From an uncultured Fidelibacterota bacterium (GTDB taxonomy: Bacteria > Fidelibacterota > Marinisomatia > Marinisomatales > UBA8229), in contig CAJWIT010000002.1 of NCBI GenBank assembly GCA_913041945.1, positions 17,716 through 81,715 on the forward strand: 64,000 bases of DNA. The letters are read 5' to 3'. A program made the position numbers and the translations under genes. Positions 48,647 to 58,930 of this stretch are shown here, one piece after another; the first letter of the stretch is position 1; each line of letters begins with the position of its first letter. The notes beneath the pieces were generated by a model that was not told where the DNA came from, did no database searches, and saw only the letters and a list, made by a program, of their open reading frames with translations.

Positions 48647-51600
48647 ATCTCAATTTGTATTTTGCATGCACTTTTCCATTTTGATCCACATCACCAATCA
48701 ATGAAAGATATTTATTCACTTTATATTCAACACCGACAGCGTGGTTTGGATTTGTGAGTGAAAAAGACCGGCGAAAGGCATAATTAAACGAAATTGTTTT
48801 GGTTACATTTGCCCCTATTTTGAAATCTTTCTTTCCTTCTGGATCTAAAAGACTGGTTGCGCCCTCTATTTTAACTTTCTCTAAAATGCCAAATTGGTCC
48901 AAGCCGCTGAGTTGGACTAACTTTCGATCTAATTGAGTATCAAGCCAACCTTCAACCAAACTTGTTGCTCTGGTTCCAATTCCTGAATAAGAAATCTCCT
49001 GATCTTCGAATCGTTTACCCCAGGTCAATAATTCCAAGATATCACTTTGCGAAAAACCACTTCCGGAAGTTAGTATTAAATTTGGATTGCTTAATGGACC
49101 AGTAAAAGAAATATCAATTTGTTCATCATCAATGGTTGTAATAGCAGTCATATTAAAATAGGGATTGAATCCTTTTTTATCAAAAATTAAATATCCTTCT
49201 GTTATTGTGAAGATGTCACCAGAGTAATAAAATTTTCCTTCCTCAAAAATAACTTCTCCGGAAAAATCTGCAGGAAATGTTCCCAGTTTTGTAATGTTTA
49301 TATCTCCACCAAAACGTGCATCAATCTGGTTGTTTAATAAGGTGAAATCTTCAATAATTGGGAAATTAATCTTATAATTAAATGAGACACGCCTTTCTTT
49401 TGAAAAAGAACCTGCTATATTTGAGGATGCAAATTCCTTGTACATCTCTACATCTAAGAGCGGAATTTCCCCACTAATTGTAATATCATCTTTCCCTTTC
49501 ATGCTAACATCCAAATTCACTAAACCTTTTATATCCTCTTGGAGCGCTTCAAAGTAAATATTCTCACCAGTAATCCAGATATCAAAGTAAGGCTGGAAAA
49601 ATTTACTCATATCCATACTACCAGTAAGAAACAAATTTTTTCCCTGTTGTTTCTCCATTGACTTAACCATAATTCCGTTCAAACTTTCTATGTTTAATCG
49701 GTTCCTTATTAGATTTCCATATCCATCAACTCTATAAATCGGGCTTTTTAGAAGGTTGGTAAAAATTTTAGCATCATTAATCCGTATCCATCCGTCCCGA
49801 ATAAGATTCTGCCAAGTACCATTTAATCCCAGTTTGATATTAAAATCTCCTATAATAGAGTCCACACCCGTTAGATATTGAGTAATAAAACTAAGATCTT
49901 TTGTATGCCCCCCCACGTTCAAAAAAAGAGGATTATCTAAGGTTGTCTGTCCAAAATGAGCTGACCCTATATTATAATTAAACGGTAAAGATGCCGTGCC
50001 TTCCAAATGACTTTGCTCTTGGTCTGAAGAAAATTGGGAAAAACTCAAGTTTTTTCCATCATAACTCCCTTTACCTTTCACCTGACCAAATTGTATTTTG
50101 TCAAACACTGCATCACTAATAGCCACATCAAAATCAAAAAGGGTCTTTTCTGTTGTGCCACCTACTTTAAAATTACCGTTTATTTGACCTCCGAGATGAA
50201 ACCAGTCTGGAATCACCTGTGGTAATATTTCCAGATCTAAGTTTGAGAATTTTGTATTCAAATTAATTTCAATTGGTTGCCCATTCTGGCTCTTTAATGG
50301 CAAAGTCCCCATTACTTGCAAACCTGTTTTATTCCCATAAATCAAGGTTAACTCTTCAATATGCATTGTCTCATCACGAACAAATAATGAAATGACTAAA
50401 TCGTCAAAATTCTGTCCTAAAATTGACCCTTTTTTCAAAGAAATATCTGAGGAATAATTATACTTTCCCATTGACTCATGGACTCCAAGTTCCCCAAAAA
50501 TCATTCCGGATATTTTGAACCGATTATCCTGAATAAAAGGAGAAATTAAGGAAGATTCAATATTCGAAAGCTTAAACCTTCCATCCAATAATTTTTTCTT
50601 GTGAAAATATCCCTCAACCACCCCATCATCAACGTGAAGCACAAAAGGTTTTACAATAATTGATTCATCCTTTAGGATGAAGTTTAATGGACTCGGGAGA
50701 GCTAAATAATGCCCTTCATAAGCTGCTTGCAATCGATCAAGAAACACATTTCCATTCTCTTCAATTCTTCCAGATAATTGAAGAAAATCATTCCCTTTAT
50801 TCATTTGAATATTCTCCAATTCCACTACTCCGGAAATAAATTTTAGATCAATGGTACCATTGTCGAAATGGTAGTCCTTCCAAATACCATTTACAAAAAT
50901 GATTTGAGCAAAACCATTTTCAACATTTTTACTGTTATCAAAACTTGAATGAATTTCCATTTCTTCTAGAGAAGCATCTTTATACAGAATATTCCTAAAA
51001 AACAAGTCAGCATCCAGTGAAGGTTCAGCAAACGAACCAGACACTTTCATCTGCCCAGTAGCTACTCCTGTTTCAAGAGAGTCAGACCAAAAATTGTTAA
51101 TAATAAAAACATCTGCTTCTTTCATATCAAATGCCAAATCCATACTTTCAGATCTTAGGTTTACATTTCCTTTCATAATAATCGAACTAGGTCCAATAGA
51201 TAAAGTAAGGGGATCAATAAATTCCACTAAACTGTCATGATATGAAATAGTACCTGAAATGGAAACTAAATCCTCTAAATATAACTTTGATTCTTGAACT
51301 TCTGTTGTTAAAGACAAATTTGATAATATACCATCACTCATCAATCCTTCGATCAAAACCATTCCTGAAATGTTTGTATTCTCTTGGTCTATGAGCCACT
51401 GATTTAAGTCTAAATTTGATAATAGAATATTTCCATTTACCCTGCCTGAATCTTTCAAAATCCCATTTACTTTCAATATTGTGGAGTCACTTTTCAGTTC
51501 TATTGTCTCCACCAACAACTCGTCAGGATTTTTTTTCAAGGAAAATTTTCCATGTAAATTTAAACCAAGATCATTGAAGACTTCTGCAGTACCATAAAAA

Positions 51601-52406
51601 TTTGTTAAATCAGATTCAAACTTTATCGAAGTTGATAAAGAGGAGAAAGCAGGTTGCATGGGAATATCACCGAAAAAATCTTCAGGTAATGATACTTCCC
51701 CTATAATCATTTCTCCAGAAAAATGTGCGTCAGGCATCCAAGAATAAAATAAATCCCCCTCAAATGGAATACGTGAAGCTACCCCGCTTATATGTGATAA
51801 CATTAATCCGTCTTTTTCTATTTTCATGGATGACTCATTCAAATCAATCCTAAATAAAGAATCCTCATAATTAACAACCAAATTGTCAACACCTATATTG
51901 AGTTCCTGAGACTGGTAACTGGTGTTACCAACAAATTCCAGATCAAAATTATAAACAGTATCCATATTTATCATTTCTATTTTCCCGTTCAATCGCAAAT
52001 TATCAATATGAAACGGGAACTTAGGAAAATCTAATTCGATTTTTTTTCCCACTCCACTTTTAATAATAGAATCACCTTTAAGTGCTATCTTCATTTCATT
52101 TATTTCAAGGAGATCCAGTGATAATTCCCCTGTGATAAGTGGAATCAGGTTTATTTTTGAGCTCACTTCATTGGAGAGAACATTTGAACCATCTTGATGC
52201 CATAATAAAATATCTTCCATAATCACTGTTGAAAATAAATGACCTTTTATAGTTCCAATGGAAATCTGCCACCCCTTACTACTTAAAATATTTTCATTTA
52301 AAACTATCTCAATTTTATCCTGCCATAATCTTGGAGTTAATAACAGGATTATCCCCCCAGCGCAAAGGATCCCGAATAATAACAGAATAGTTCTCAGACG
52401 TTTCAT
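48636..52406 (-). CDS. tamB: Translocation and assembly module protein TamB (AsmA-like, DUF490 C-terminus)
   Basis: Start moved to ATG 52406 (MKRLRTILLLFGILCAGGIILLL, a single N-terminal anchor). Long beta-rich repetitive body. The C-terminal region has the DUF490-type LSQSDILELLTWGK motif. 1,256 aa. Confidence 0.75.
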   Translation of the reverse strand: MKRLRTILLLFGILCAGGIILLLTPRLWQDKIEIVLNENILSSKGWQISIGTIKGHLFSTVIMEDILLWHQDGSNVLSNEVSSKINLIPLITGELSLDLLEINEMKIALKGDSIIKSGVGKKIELDFPKFPFHIDNLRLNGKIEMINMDTVYNFDLEFVGNTSYQSQELNIGVDNLVVNYEDSLFRIDLNESSMKIEKDGLMLSHISGVASRIPFEGDLFYSWMPDAHFSGEMIIGEVSLPEDFFGDIPMQPAFSSLSTSIKFESDLTNFYGTAEVFNDLGLNLHGKFSLKKNPDELLVETIELKSDSTILKVNGILKDSGRVNGNILLSNLDLNQWLIDQENTNISGMVLIEGLMSDGILSNLSLTTEVQESKLYLEDLVSISGTISYHDSLVEFIDPLTLSIGPSSIIMKGNVNLRSESMDLAFDMKEADVFIINNFWSDSLETGVATGQMKVSGSFAEPSLDADLFFRNILYKDASLEEMEIHSSFDNSKNVENGFAQIIFVNGIWKDYHFDNGTIDLKFISGVVELENIQMNKGNDFLQLSGRIEENGNVFLDRLQAAYEGHYLALPSPLNFILKDESIIVKPFVLHVDDGVVEGYFHKKKLLDGRFKLSNIESSLISPFIQDNRFKISGMIFGELGVHESMGKYNYSSDISLKKGSILGQNFDDLVISLFVRDETMHIEELTLIYGNKTGLQVMGTLPLKSQNGQPIEINLNTKFSNLDLEILPQVIPDWFHLGGQINGNFKVGGTTEKTLFDFDVAISDAVFDKIQFGQVKGKGSYDGKNLSFSQFSSDQEQSHLEGTASLPFNYNIGSAHFGQTTLDNPLFLNVGGHTKDLSFITQYLTGVDSIIGDFNIKLGLNGTWQNLIRDGWIRINDAKIFTNLLKSPIYRVDGYGNLIRNRLNIESLNGIMVKSMEKQQGKNLFLTGSMDMSKFFQPYFDIWITGENIYFEALQEDIKGLVNLDVSMKGKDDITISGEIPLLDVEMYKEFASSNIAGSFSKERRVSFNYKINFPIIEDFTLLNNQIDARFGGDINITKLGTFPADFSGEVIFEEGKFYYSGDIFTITEGYLIFDKKGFNPYFNMTAITTIDDEQIDISFTGPLSNPNLILTSGSGFSQSDILELLTWGKRFEDQEISYSGIGTRATSLVEGWLDTQLDRKLVQLSGLDQFGILEKVKIEGATSLLDPEGKKDFKIGANVTKTISFNYAFRRSFSLTNPNHAVGVEYKVNKYLSLIGDVDQNGKVHAKYKLRYAY

Positions 52407-52461
52407 AAAAATAAAGTTGTTTCTGAACAATACGAAGTTACACGCCACCAGTTCCAAAAAC

Positions 52462-52493
52462 AAAAAAAGCGTTCTAATAAGAACGCTTTTTTT
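52462..52493 (-). terminator. Rho-independent terminator downstream of dnaK (symmetrical, could act in both directions)
   Basis: AAAAAAA-GCGTTCT-AATA-AGAACGC-TTTTTTT. A perfect 7-bp stem with a 4-nt loop and A/T runs on both sides, 16 nt after the dnaK stop. Confidence 0.8.
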
Positions 52494-52508
52494 GTTGAAT
52501 CTTTAAGG

Positions 52509-54419
52509 TTAATCCACAACTTCAAAATCTGCATCCTCTATTTCACCGTCTCCCTTTTTTGCTTTTGTTTTCGTGGACTTATTTGCCTTTGTTTTCACTT
52601 GGGAAGTATCTTCTTCATTTTTTGATGCTTCATACATTTTTGAAGCTACCTGGGACCAGGAACTATTCAATGATTCCGTGGCAGTTTTCATATCATCGAT
52701 ATTGCCACTATCTTTGGCTTTCTTTAGAGCTTCGACTTTTTCGGTCAAAGATGTCTTTTCTTTATCATCCAGTTTATCACCGTATTCCTTGATATTTTTC
52801 TCTGTCTCATAGATTAAATGTTCTGACTGGTTTGTCAGATCGATCTTTTCTCGTTTTTCCTTATCTTCCTTATCGTGCTTTTTCGCATCATTGACCATTT
52901 TCTCAATTTCCGATTCAGAAATCCCGCTGGATGCTTCAATTCGAATACTCTGTTCTTTTCCGGTTGCCTTGTCTTTCGCACTGACGTTCAATATACCATT
53001 GGCATCAATATCAAATGAAACCTCGATCTGTGGAATGCCGCGGGGCGCAGGCGGAATATCTGCCAAGTGAAAACGACCAATAGTTTTATTATCAATTGCC
53101 ATTTCCCGTTCACCCTGGAGTACGTGAATTTCCACAGTGGTCTGGTTATCAGCTGCTGTGCTGAAAATCTGAGATTTTTTGGTGGGTATTGTCGTATTGC
53201 GATCAATCAGGTGTGTGTTCACACCGCCCAGTGTTTCAATCCCCAGCGAAAGCGGGGTAACATCCAACAATAGAATATCATCAACATCGCCAGCCAGTAC
53301 ACCACCTTGAATCGCTGCACCTAGGGCCACAACCTCATCTGGATTTACACTTTTATTGGGTTCTTTACCGAAGATCTCTTTAACCTGTTCACGTATTTTG
53401 GGTATCCGTGTAGATCCGCCAACCAGAATAACTTCATTAATTTCTGCAGCAGATAACCCGGCATCAGTTATTGCCTTTTGACACGGTTTAATTGTCCGTT
53501 CTACGAGATCAGTTACAAGGTCATCAAATTTTGCCCTGGAAAGACTAAGATTTAGATGCTTTGGTCCAGATGAATCTGCTGTAATAAAGGGCAGATTAAT
53601 ATCTGTCTGTTTTGAAGTTGATAATTCTTTTTTAGCCGCCTCTGCTGCTTCTTTTAATCTTTGAAGTGCCATGGGATCATTCCGAAGGTCAATCCCATCG
53701 CTTTTCTTGAATTCATCGGCGATCCAGTCAATAACTCTTTGATCAAAATCATCTCCCCCCAGGTGCCCGTCACCATTGGATGATTTCACTTCAAAAACAC
53801 CATCTCCCAACTCCAAAATCGAAATATCAAATGTTCCTCCACCTAAATCAAAAACAGCGATTTTTTCGTCCTTTTTTTTGTCCAATCCATAAGCTAACGA
53901 AGCTGCTGTCGGTTCATTAATAATCCGTCGGACATTCAATCCAGCAATTTTTCCGGCGTCTTTTGTAGCCTGACGCTGGGAATCATTAAAATAAGCTGGG
54001 ACCGTAATCACAGCATCGGTTACCTTTCCCCCAAGATGTTCTTCAGCCATTTGCTTTAACTTTTGGAGAATCATAGCACTGATTTCTGGTGGAGTATATT
54101 CTTTATCACTCACCTTAACAACAACGGCTCCGCTTGAATTCTTATCAACCTTGTAGGGCACTTCAGATATTTCGGTACTTACCTCTTTGTGCATCCTGCC
54201 CATAAAGCGTTTAATAGAAAATACTGTGTTTTCCGGATTGGTCACTGCCTGTCGCTTCGCAGTCTGCCCAACTAGGCGTTCACCGTCTTTTGTGAATCCA
54301 ACAACTGACGGGGTTGTACGGCCCCCTTCAGGATTCGTTATAATGGTTGGTTCCCCACCCTCTAAAACAGCTACACAGGAATTTGTTGTACCAAGATCAA
54401 TACCAATTATTTTTCCCAC
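52509..54419 (-). CDS. dnaK: Molecular chaperone DnaK (Hsp70)
   Basis: 636 aa. [35 protein letters not shown] start with AAGGAG 8 nt upstream. Confidence 0.97.
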   Translation of the reverse strand: MGKIIGIDLGTTNSCVAVLEGGEPTIITNPEGGRTTPSVVGFTKDGERLVGQTAKRQAVTNPENTVFSIKRFMGRMHKEVSTEISEVPYKVDKNSSGAVVVKVSDKEYTPPEISAMILQKLKQMAEEHLGGKVTDAVITVPAYFNDSQRQATKDAGKIAGLNVRRIINEPTAASLAYGLDKKKDEKIAVFDLGGGTFDISILELGDGVFEVKSSNGDGHLGGDDFDQRVIDWIADEFKKSDGIDLRNDPMALQRLKEAAEAAKKELSTSKQTDINLPFITADSSGPKHLNLSLSRAKFDDLVTDLVERTIKPCQKAITDAGLSAAEINEVILVGGSTRIPKIREQVKEIFGKEPNKSVNPDEVVALGAAIQGGVLAGDVDDILLLDVTPLSLGIETLGGVNTHLIDRNTTIPTKKSQIFSTAADNQTTVEIHVLQGEREMAIDNKTIGRFHLADIPPAPRGIPQIEVSFDIDANGILNVSAKDKATGKEQSIRIEASSGISESEIEKMVNDAKKHDKEDKEKREKIDLTNQSEHLIYETEKNIKEYGDKLDDKEKTSLTEKVEALKKAKDSGNIDDMKTATESLNSSWSQVASKMYEASKNEEDTSQVKTKANKSTKTKAKKGDGEIEDADFEVVD

Positions 54420-54567
54420 TTTTTTTCTCCTTTAATTCTAAAATTCTATAAACAAATTAAAATTTATACAAAATGTTACAATTTATGTGCCAAAGAATAA
54501 TAATTGCCTAATTGGCAGAAACTTAGGTATTATAGTACTTTATGGCAGAAATAGGGGAAGGATATTC

Positions 54568-57021
54568 TCAGGACTTTGAACTTATTCTTTTCTTCCGAGC
54601 AGGATTAAATGTAAACTGTCCATCAGAAGTATCCACCTTTATTTTATTACCGGATACAAATACATTTTCAAGAAGAAGTTCAGAGATGGGTTTTTCCAAT
54701 GAAGATTGTATTTCACGGCGAAGGTTTCGTGCCCCATATTTTGGACTGAAACCTCTACCTAAAAGCAACGTTTTTGCCCGTTTAGTTAAAAATAGCTCTA
54801 TATTCAGTGTAAAAAGATTCTCCATCAGGTCCACAAGGAGAAGGTCTACAATCTCCAATGCATCTTGCCTGGAAAGGGGATGAAACACAATGGTATCATC
54901 AATACGATTTAGGAATTCAGGGTTAAAAATTAATTTAACCTGATCGAGTATCTGGTCTTTCATTGAAGAATAATCGAAATCAGTTTCTGTATCCGTAAAT
55001 CCAAACGAGGTATGATCTTGGATCTCCCTCGTCCCTACATTGGAGGTCATAATAATGATCGTGTTCTTGAAATCAACTTTCCTGCCCAGTCCATCTGTCA
55101 GCACTCCTTCATCAAATAATTGAAGCAACACGTTGAAAACATCCGGGTGGGCTTTTTCGATCTCATCGAACAGAACAACAGAATAAGGATTCCTACGAAC
55201 CTTTTCGGTCAGTTCTCCTCCCTCTTCATACCCCACATACCCTGGGGGTGCTCCAATCATTCGCGAGACTGAGAATCGTTCCCCATATTCTGTCATATCT
55301 ATTTTAATAAGTGCATCAGAATGACTAAATAAATAATTCGCAATAACTTTAGCCAATTCTGTTTTACCAACTCCTGTCGGTCCAAGAAAAAGAAATACAC
55401 CAATCGGCCGATGAGGACTTTTTAATCCTGCTCGAGCCCTTTGAATCGAACCAGATAAACATTGAATTGCTTCATTCTGACCAACAATATATTTATGGAT
55501 TTCTTTCTCCATATTTAAAAGTTTCTGGGTTTCGGATTGGGCAACTTTAGCCACAGGAATCCCAGTCATTAATGAAACTACATCAGCTATATGATCTTCA
55601 GTAATCAGGACCGGGTTCTTTCCTTCCTCCTTATTCCATTTTTTCTGGGCCTCTGCCAGTTTTATCATCAGTTTTTGTTCCTTGTCCCTTAGCGAAGCGG
55701 CTTTTTCAAACTTCTGCTCAGTAACCACCTGTTCTTTTTCTTCCCGGATTTTATCGATTTTCACTTCAATATCCAGAATAGTCTGAGGGACTTTCATATT
55801 CAGCATGTGAGAACGAGATCCAGCTTCATCCATAGCATCAATCGCTTTATCAGGAAGAAAACGATCACTTATATATCGATGTGATAGGCTGACACATGCT
55901 TCTATGGCTTTTTCATGATAAATAACGTTATGATGATTTTCGTAATTGGATTTCAACCCGTTTAAAATCTGGACAGATTCTTCTGTCGTTGGGGGATTAA
56001 TCAAAATCTTTTGGAAGCGTCTTTCCAATGCGCCGTCTTTTTCAATATGTTTGCGATATTCATCCATCGTTGTGGCGCCAATGCAGTGAATGTCGCCCCG
56101 GGCCAAGGCTGGTTTAAAAATGTTAGATGCATCCAAAGAACCTGTGGCACCACCAGCACCAACGAGGGTATGAAGTTCATCAATAAATAAAATAAGATCA
56201 TCCGTATTTTCCATTTCAACCATGATCGTTTTCATGCGTTCCTCAAACTGGCCACGATACTTTGTCCCGGCAACGATAGCTGCCAAATCCAATGACAAAA
56301 TCCGTTTGTTATGCAGCAATCTTGGAACAGATTTTTCAATAATCCGATGTGCTAACCCTTCCACAATGGCAGTTTTCCCAACTCCTGGTTCACCAATAAG
56401 AACTGGATTATTTTTCTTCCTTCGCGTCAAAATTTGAGCAACCCGTTCAATTTCATTTACCCTTCCAATAACAGGATCCAGCCTCCCCTTCTGCGCTAAT
56501 CTTGTTAGATCTCTTGAAAAATGATCCAAAGCTGGTGTTTTTGTTTTAGATGACTTGCTTAAAACAGAATGTTCAACTGATTCTTCCTCAGTTGTTTGTT
56601 TTTGTAAAAATTCTTTTACACTCTCATAGTCCAAATTATAGGCGTTCATCACTTCAAAAGCAATCCCCTCCGATTCCCTTAAAATAGCCAGCAATAAATG
56701 TTCATCATCTGCAACCGAAATACCCAAAGCTGTCGCTTCATTGTAGGCGTTTCTCAAAATGCGCTCTGCTCTGCGCGTCAGGGGCAAATGGCCAAGAGTC
56801 ATGGTCCCGCCGGATGCTTTGATCATATCTTCAACCATGGCACATATCCCATCTACATCACAGTCAAAGATATCCAATATCTTCATCGACAGTCCCTTTT
56901 TCTCTCGAAGAATTCCCAATAAGAGATGTTCAGAACCTACATAACTATGCCCAAGACGAATAGCCTCCTCCTTGGCATATTTCATAATAGCTTGAACACG
57001 CTTTGAAAAATTTTCTTTCAT
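54568..57021 (-). CDS. clpC: ATP-dependent Clp protease ATP-binding subunit ClpC (class I Clp/Hsp100)
   Basis: 817 aa. Two Clp_N repeats (A.RLGH.YVGSEHLLLGIL / ..DEHLLLAIL). NBD1 GEPGVGKTA. UVR-like short middle domain (QKFEKAASLRDKEQKL). NBD2 GPTGVGKTELAK. SRMIGAPPGYVGY. Confidence 0.9.
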   Translation of the reverse strand: MKENFSKRVQAIMKYAKEEAIRLGHSYVGSEHLLLGILREKKGLSMKILDIFDCDVDGICAMVEDMIKASGGTMTLGHLPLTRRAERILRNAYNEATALGISVADDEHLLLAILRESEGIAFEVMNAYNLDYESVKEFLQKQTTEEESVEHSVLSKSSKTKTPALDHFSRDLTRLAQKGRLDPVIGRVNEIERVAQILTRRKKNNPVLIGEPGVGKTAIVEGLAHRIIEKSVPRLLHNKRILSLDLAAIVAGTKYRGQFEERMKTIMVEMENTDDLILFIDELHTLVGAGGATGSLDASNIFKPALARGDIHCIGATTMDEYRKHIEKDGALERRFQKILINPPTTEESVQILNGLKSNYENHHNVIYHEKAIEACVSLSHRYISDRFLPDKAIDAMDEAGSRSHMLNMKVPQTILDIEVKIDKIREEKEQVVTEQKFEKAASLRDKEQKLMIKLAEAQKKWNKEEGKNPVLITEDHIADVVSLMTGIPVAKVAQSETQKLLNMEKEIHKYIVGQNEAIQCLSGSIQRARAGLKSPHRPIGVFLFLGPTGVGKTELAKVIANYLFSHSDALIKIDMTEYGERFSVSRMIGAPPGYVGYEEGGELTEKVRRNPYSVVLFDEIEKAHPDVFNVLLQLFDEGVLTDGLGRKVDFKNTIIIMTSNVGTREIQDHTSFGFTDTETDFDYSSMKDQILDQVKLIFNPEFLNRIDDTIVFHPLSRQDALEIVDLLLVDLMENLFTLNIELFLTKRAKTLLLGRGFSPKYGARNLRREIQSSLEKPISELLLENVFVSGNKIKVDTSDGQFTFNPARKKRISSKS

Positions 57022-57067
57022 ACTATCTGGAAGTTACGAGTTTGACAATCAGCTATAAAAGTGTTCA

Positions 57068-57739
57068 TTAAGTTATTACATGAAGAATTCCATCTTCAAG
57101 CCGACATGCACGTGTTCCAATAGAGGAAACATGCTGATCGTGGGTCGTAATGATCATCGCCTGCTGAAAATCCCGGCAGATATTTGTAAAAAGTTCCAAA
57201 AGCCGCTCTGCGTTTCCAGTATCAAGGTTCCCAGTCGGTTCATCAGTTAAAATTATATCTGGTGTGTTGATGAGGGCCCTCAAAACCGCCACTCTGAGCC
57301 GCTCCCCCCCAGAGAGTTGGGATGGAAAATGATCCATTCGTTCCGTAAGGCTGACATATTCAAATAATTCCTTCGCCCGGCTTTTTGCATCGTGTCCACC
57401 TCCCATTAATTCTGCTGGTATTAACACATTCTCCAGTGCTGTGAACTCCGGTAGGAGATGATGAAACTGGAATACAAAACCAATATGACGATTTCTCAAC
57501 TCGGCAAGAGACACATCGTCCAAATAAGCAACATTCTTCCCGCAAATACTTACCGTGCCCGAGTTTGCACTATCCAGTGTTCCTAGAATATTCAACAGTG
57601 TGGATTTGCCTGAACCAGAAGGTCCCATAATGGTAACAATTTCCCCCTTGTCAACTGACAGAGACAGTTTTCTTAGAACAGTGAGTTCCTTGGTGCCATT
57701 TTGAAATGACTTTGATATCTGTTTTGCTTCCAGTATCAT
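57068..57739 (-). CDS. lolD: Lipoprotein-releasing system ATP-binding protein LolD (ABC ATPase)
   Basis: 223 aa. GPSGSGKSTLL, LSGGE.LRVA..RAL, ILTDEPTGNLD. Overlaps the upstream permease stop by 4 nt. Confidence 0.85.
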   Translation of the reverse strand: MILEAKQISKSFQNGTKELTVLRKLSLSVDKGEIVTIMGPSGSGKSTLLNILGTLDSANSGTVSICGKNVAYLDDVSLAELRNRHIGFVFQFHHLLPEFTALENVLIPAELMGGGHDAKSRAKELFEYVSLTERMDHFPSQLSGGERLRVAVLRALINTPDIILTDEPTGNLDTGNAERLLELFTNICRDFQQAMIITTHDQHVSSIGTRACRLEDGILHVIT

Positions 57740-58929
57740 TTTTCCAAATGTACCGCATCTTTCGGTTGGATCAAAACGGCTCGCTGAGCCGCTAATCCAG
57801 ATGATATACTTATCAAAATAATTGCAATGAATGGAACAAGGATCACATCTTTAACAGTCAATATCATGGGCAGATTTTTCATAAAATAAATGTCTTCAGG
57901 CAAACGAAGAAAGCCAAGATTTACCTGTACAATCACAACCAAAAAACTTGCTCCCAATCCAACGGCAGCACCAATACCACCGATCATAAATCCCTGTTTT
58001 ATTAGAATTGACCGAATCGTACCAGTGGTCGCTCCAACTGCCCGCAGAATACCGATCTCCCTGATTTTCTGGATAGTAACCAGAACCAGTGTGGAAGTCA
58101 AATTAAACGAAGCTACAAGAATAATCAAACTTAATACCACAATGGCACCGATTCGCTCCATTCGCATAGCCTGGAATAAACCTTCATGGATATTCTCCCA
58201 GCTCTCAATCGTCATGTGAGGGAACTTATTTAATAACCTTTCCCGGGTCATATCTATTTCCGTTTCTGTGGTCAACCGGATATCAACACCGTCGAGTCCT
58301 TTTTTTCTGGTGAAAAGCAATTTCCCAACAGACAACGGAACAAAAACTAACCTGTCATCATAATCCAATACATTTCCCTGGAAAATCCCCACCACCTTTA
58401 CCTGAACTTTTCGGGGCAATCCAAACTGCGACGGGTGATCAACTGGGCTCATCAGTTTGACGTAATCCCCTACTGCTAAATTTAATCTGCTTGCAAGTAG
58501 TTGACCAATGATAATAGGGGAATCAGATGGGTTTAGTTCAATTTCGCTCAATCCAAGCTGATAAAAAGAAGAAATCTTATTCATATCTACCGCTTTCAGT
58601 GTCGCAATTCTGAGAATATTTCCATCTCCAACGACCAGACCCTTACGCTCCATGAAAGGCATGTAGGATAAAACACCTTGTTCCTCATCCAGCTGTTTCT
58701 GTATATCAATGAAATCCAGGGATGCTCCTGAAAGTCGGAGATCTCCCTCAAACCCACGGATTTTCGCAGTTACTTTCTTCTCAAAACCATTCAAAACTGC
58801 AATGGAGAGTATGAGGGCAAAACATCCCACCGCCATCCCCGCAATAGCAATCAAACCAGTAAACCTGCTTGCACCAACACCTCTTTCGCCAAGTAGAAAT
58901 CGTTTTGCAATGTAGGTCGAGATATTCAT
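57736..58929 (-). CDS. lolE: Lipoprotein-releasing system permease, LolC/LolE family (FtsX/MacB-type)
   Basis: 397 aa. IA.RFL....G.....F...IAI.G.AVG..ALI..L.V.NGF, periplasmic domain, C-terminal FtsX block (REIGILRA.GAT...I..I). The C versus E assignment is arbitrary. Confidence 0.8.
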   Translation of the reverse strand: MNISTYIAKRFLLGERGVGASRFTGLIAIAGMAVGCFALILSIAVLNGFEKKVTAKIRGFEGDLRLSGASLDFIDIQKQLDEEQGVLSYMPFMERKGLVVGDGNILRIATLKAVDMNKISSFYQLGLSEIELNPSDSPIIIGQLLASRLNLAVGDYVKLMSPVDHPSQFGLPRKVQVKVVGIFQGNVLDYDDRLVFVPLSVGKLLFTRKKGLDGVDIRLTTETEIDMTRERLLNKFPHMTIESWENIHEGLFQAMRMERIGAIVVLSLIILVASFNLTSTLVLVTIQKIREIGILRAVGATTGTIRSILIKQGFMIGGIGAAVGLGASFLVVIVQVNLGFLRLPEDIYFMKNLPMILTVKDVILVPFIAIILISISSGLAAQRAVLIQPKDAVHLEK

Positions 58930-58930
58930 G

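Noticed and set aside
54505-54551. Two TGGCAGAAA copies 30 nt apart (possible sigma-54 -24 elements) and the small hairpin TGCCTAATTGGCA between clpC and dnaK
   Set aside because: They are on the plus strand with no plus-strand gene downstream, and there is no TTGC -12 element at the right spacing. The hairpin is only 4-5 bp and is at best a weak clpC terminator.
54551-54580. Sigma-32-like heat-shock promoter upstream of dnaK (minus strand TTCAAAG - 16 nt - CCCCTATTT)
   Set aside because: It is only a partial match to CTTGAAA / CCCCATNTA, overlaps the clpC stop, and the sigma-factor repertoire of this lineage is unknown. No CIRCE element was seen either.
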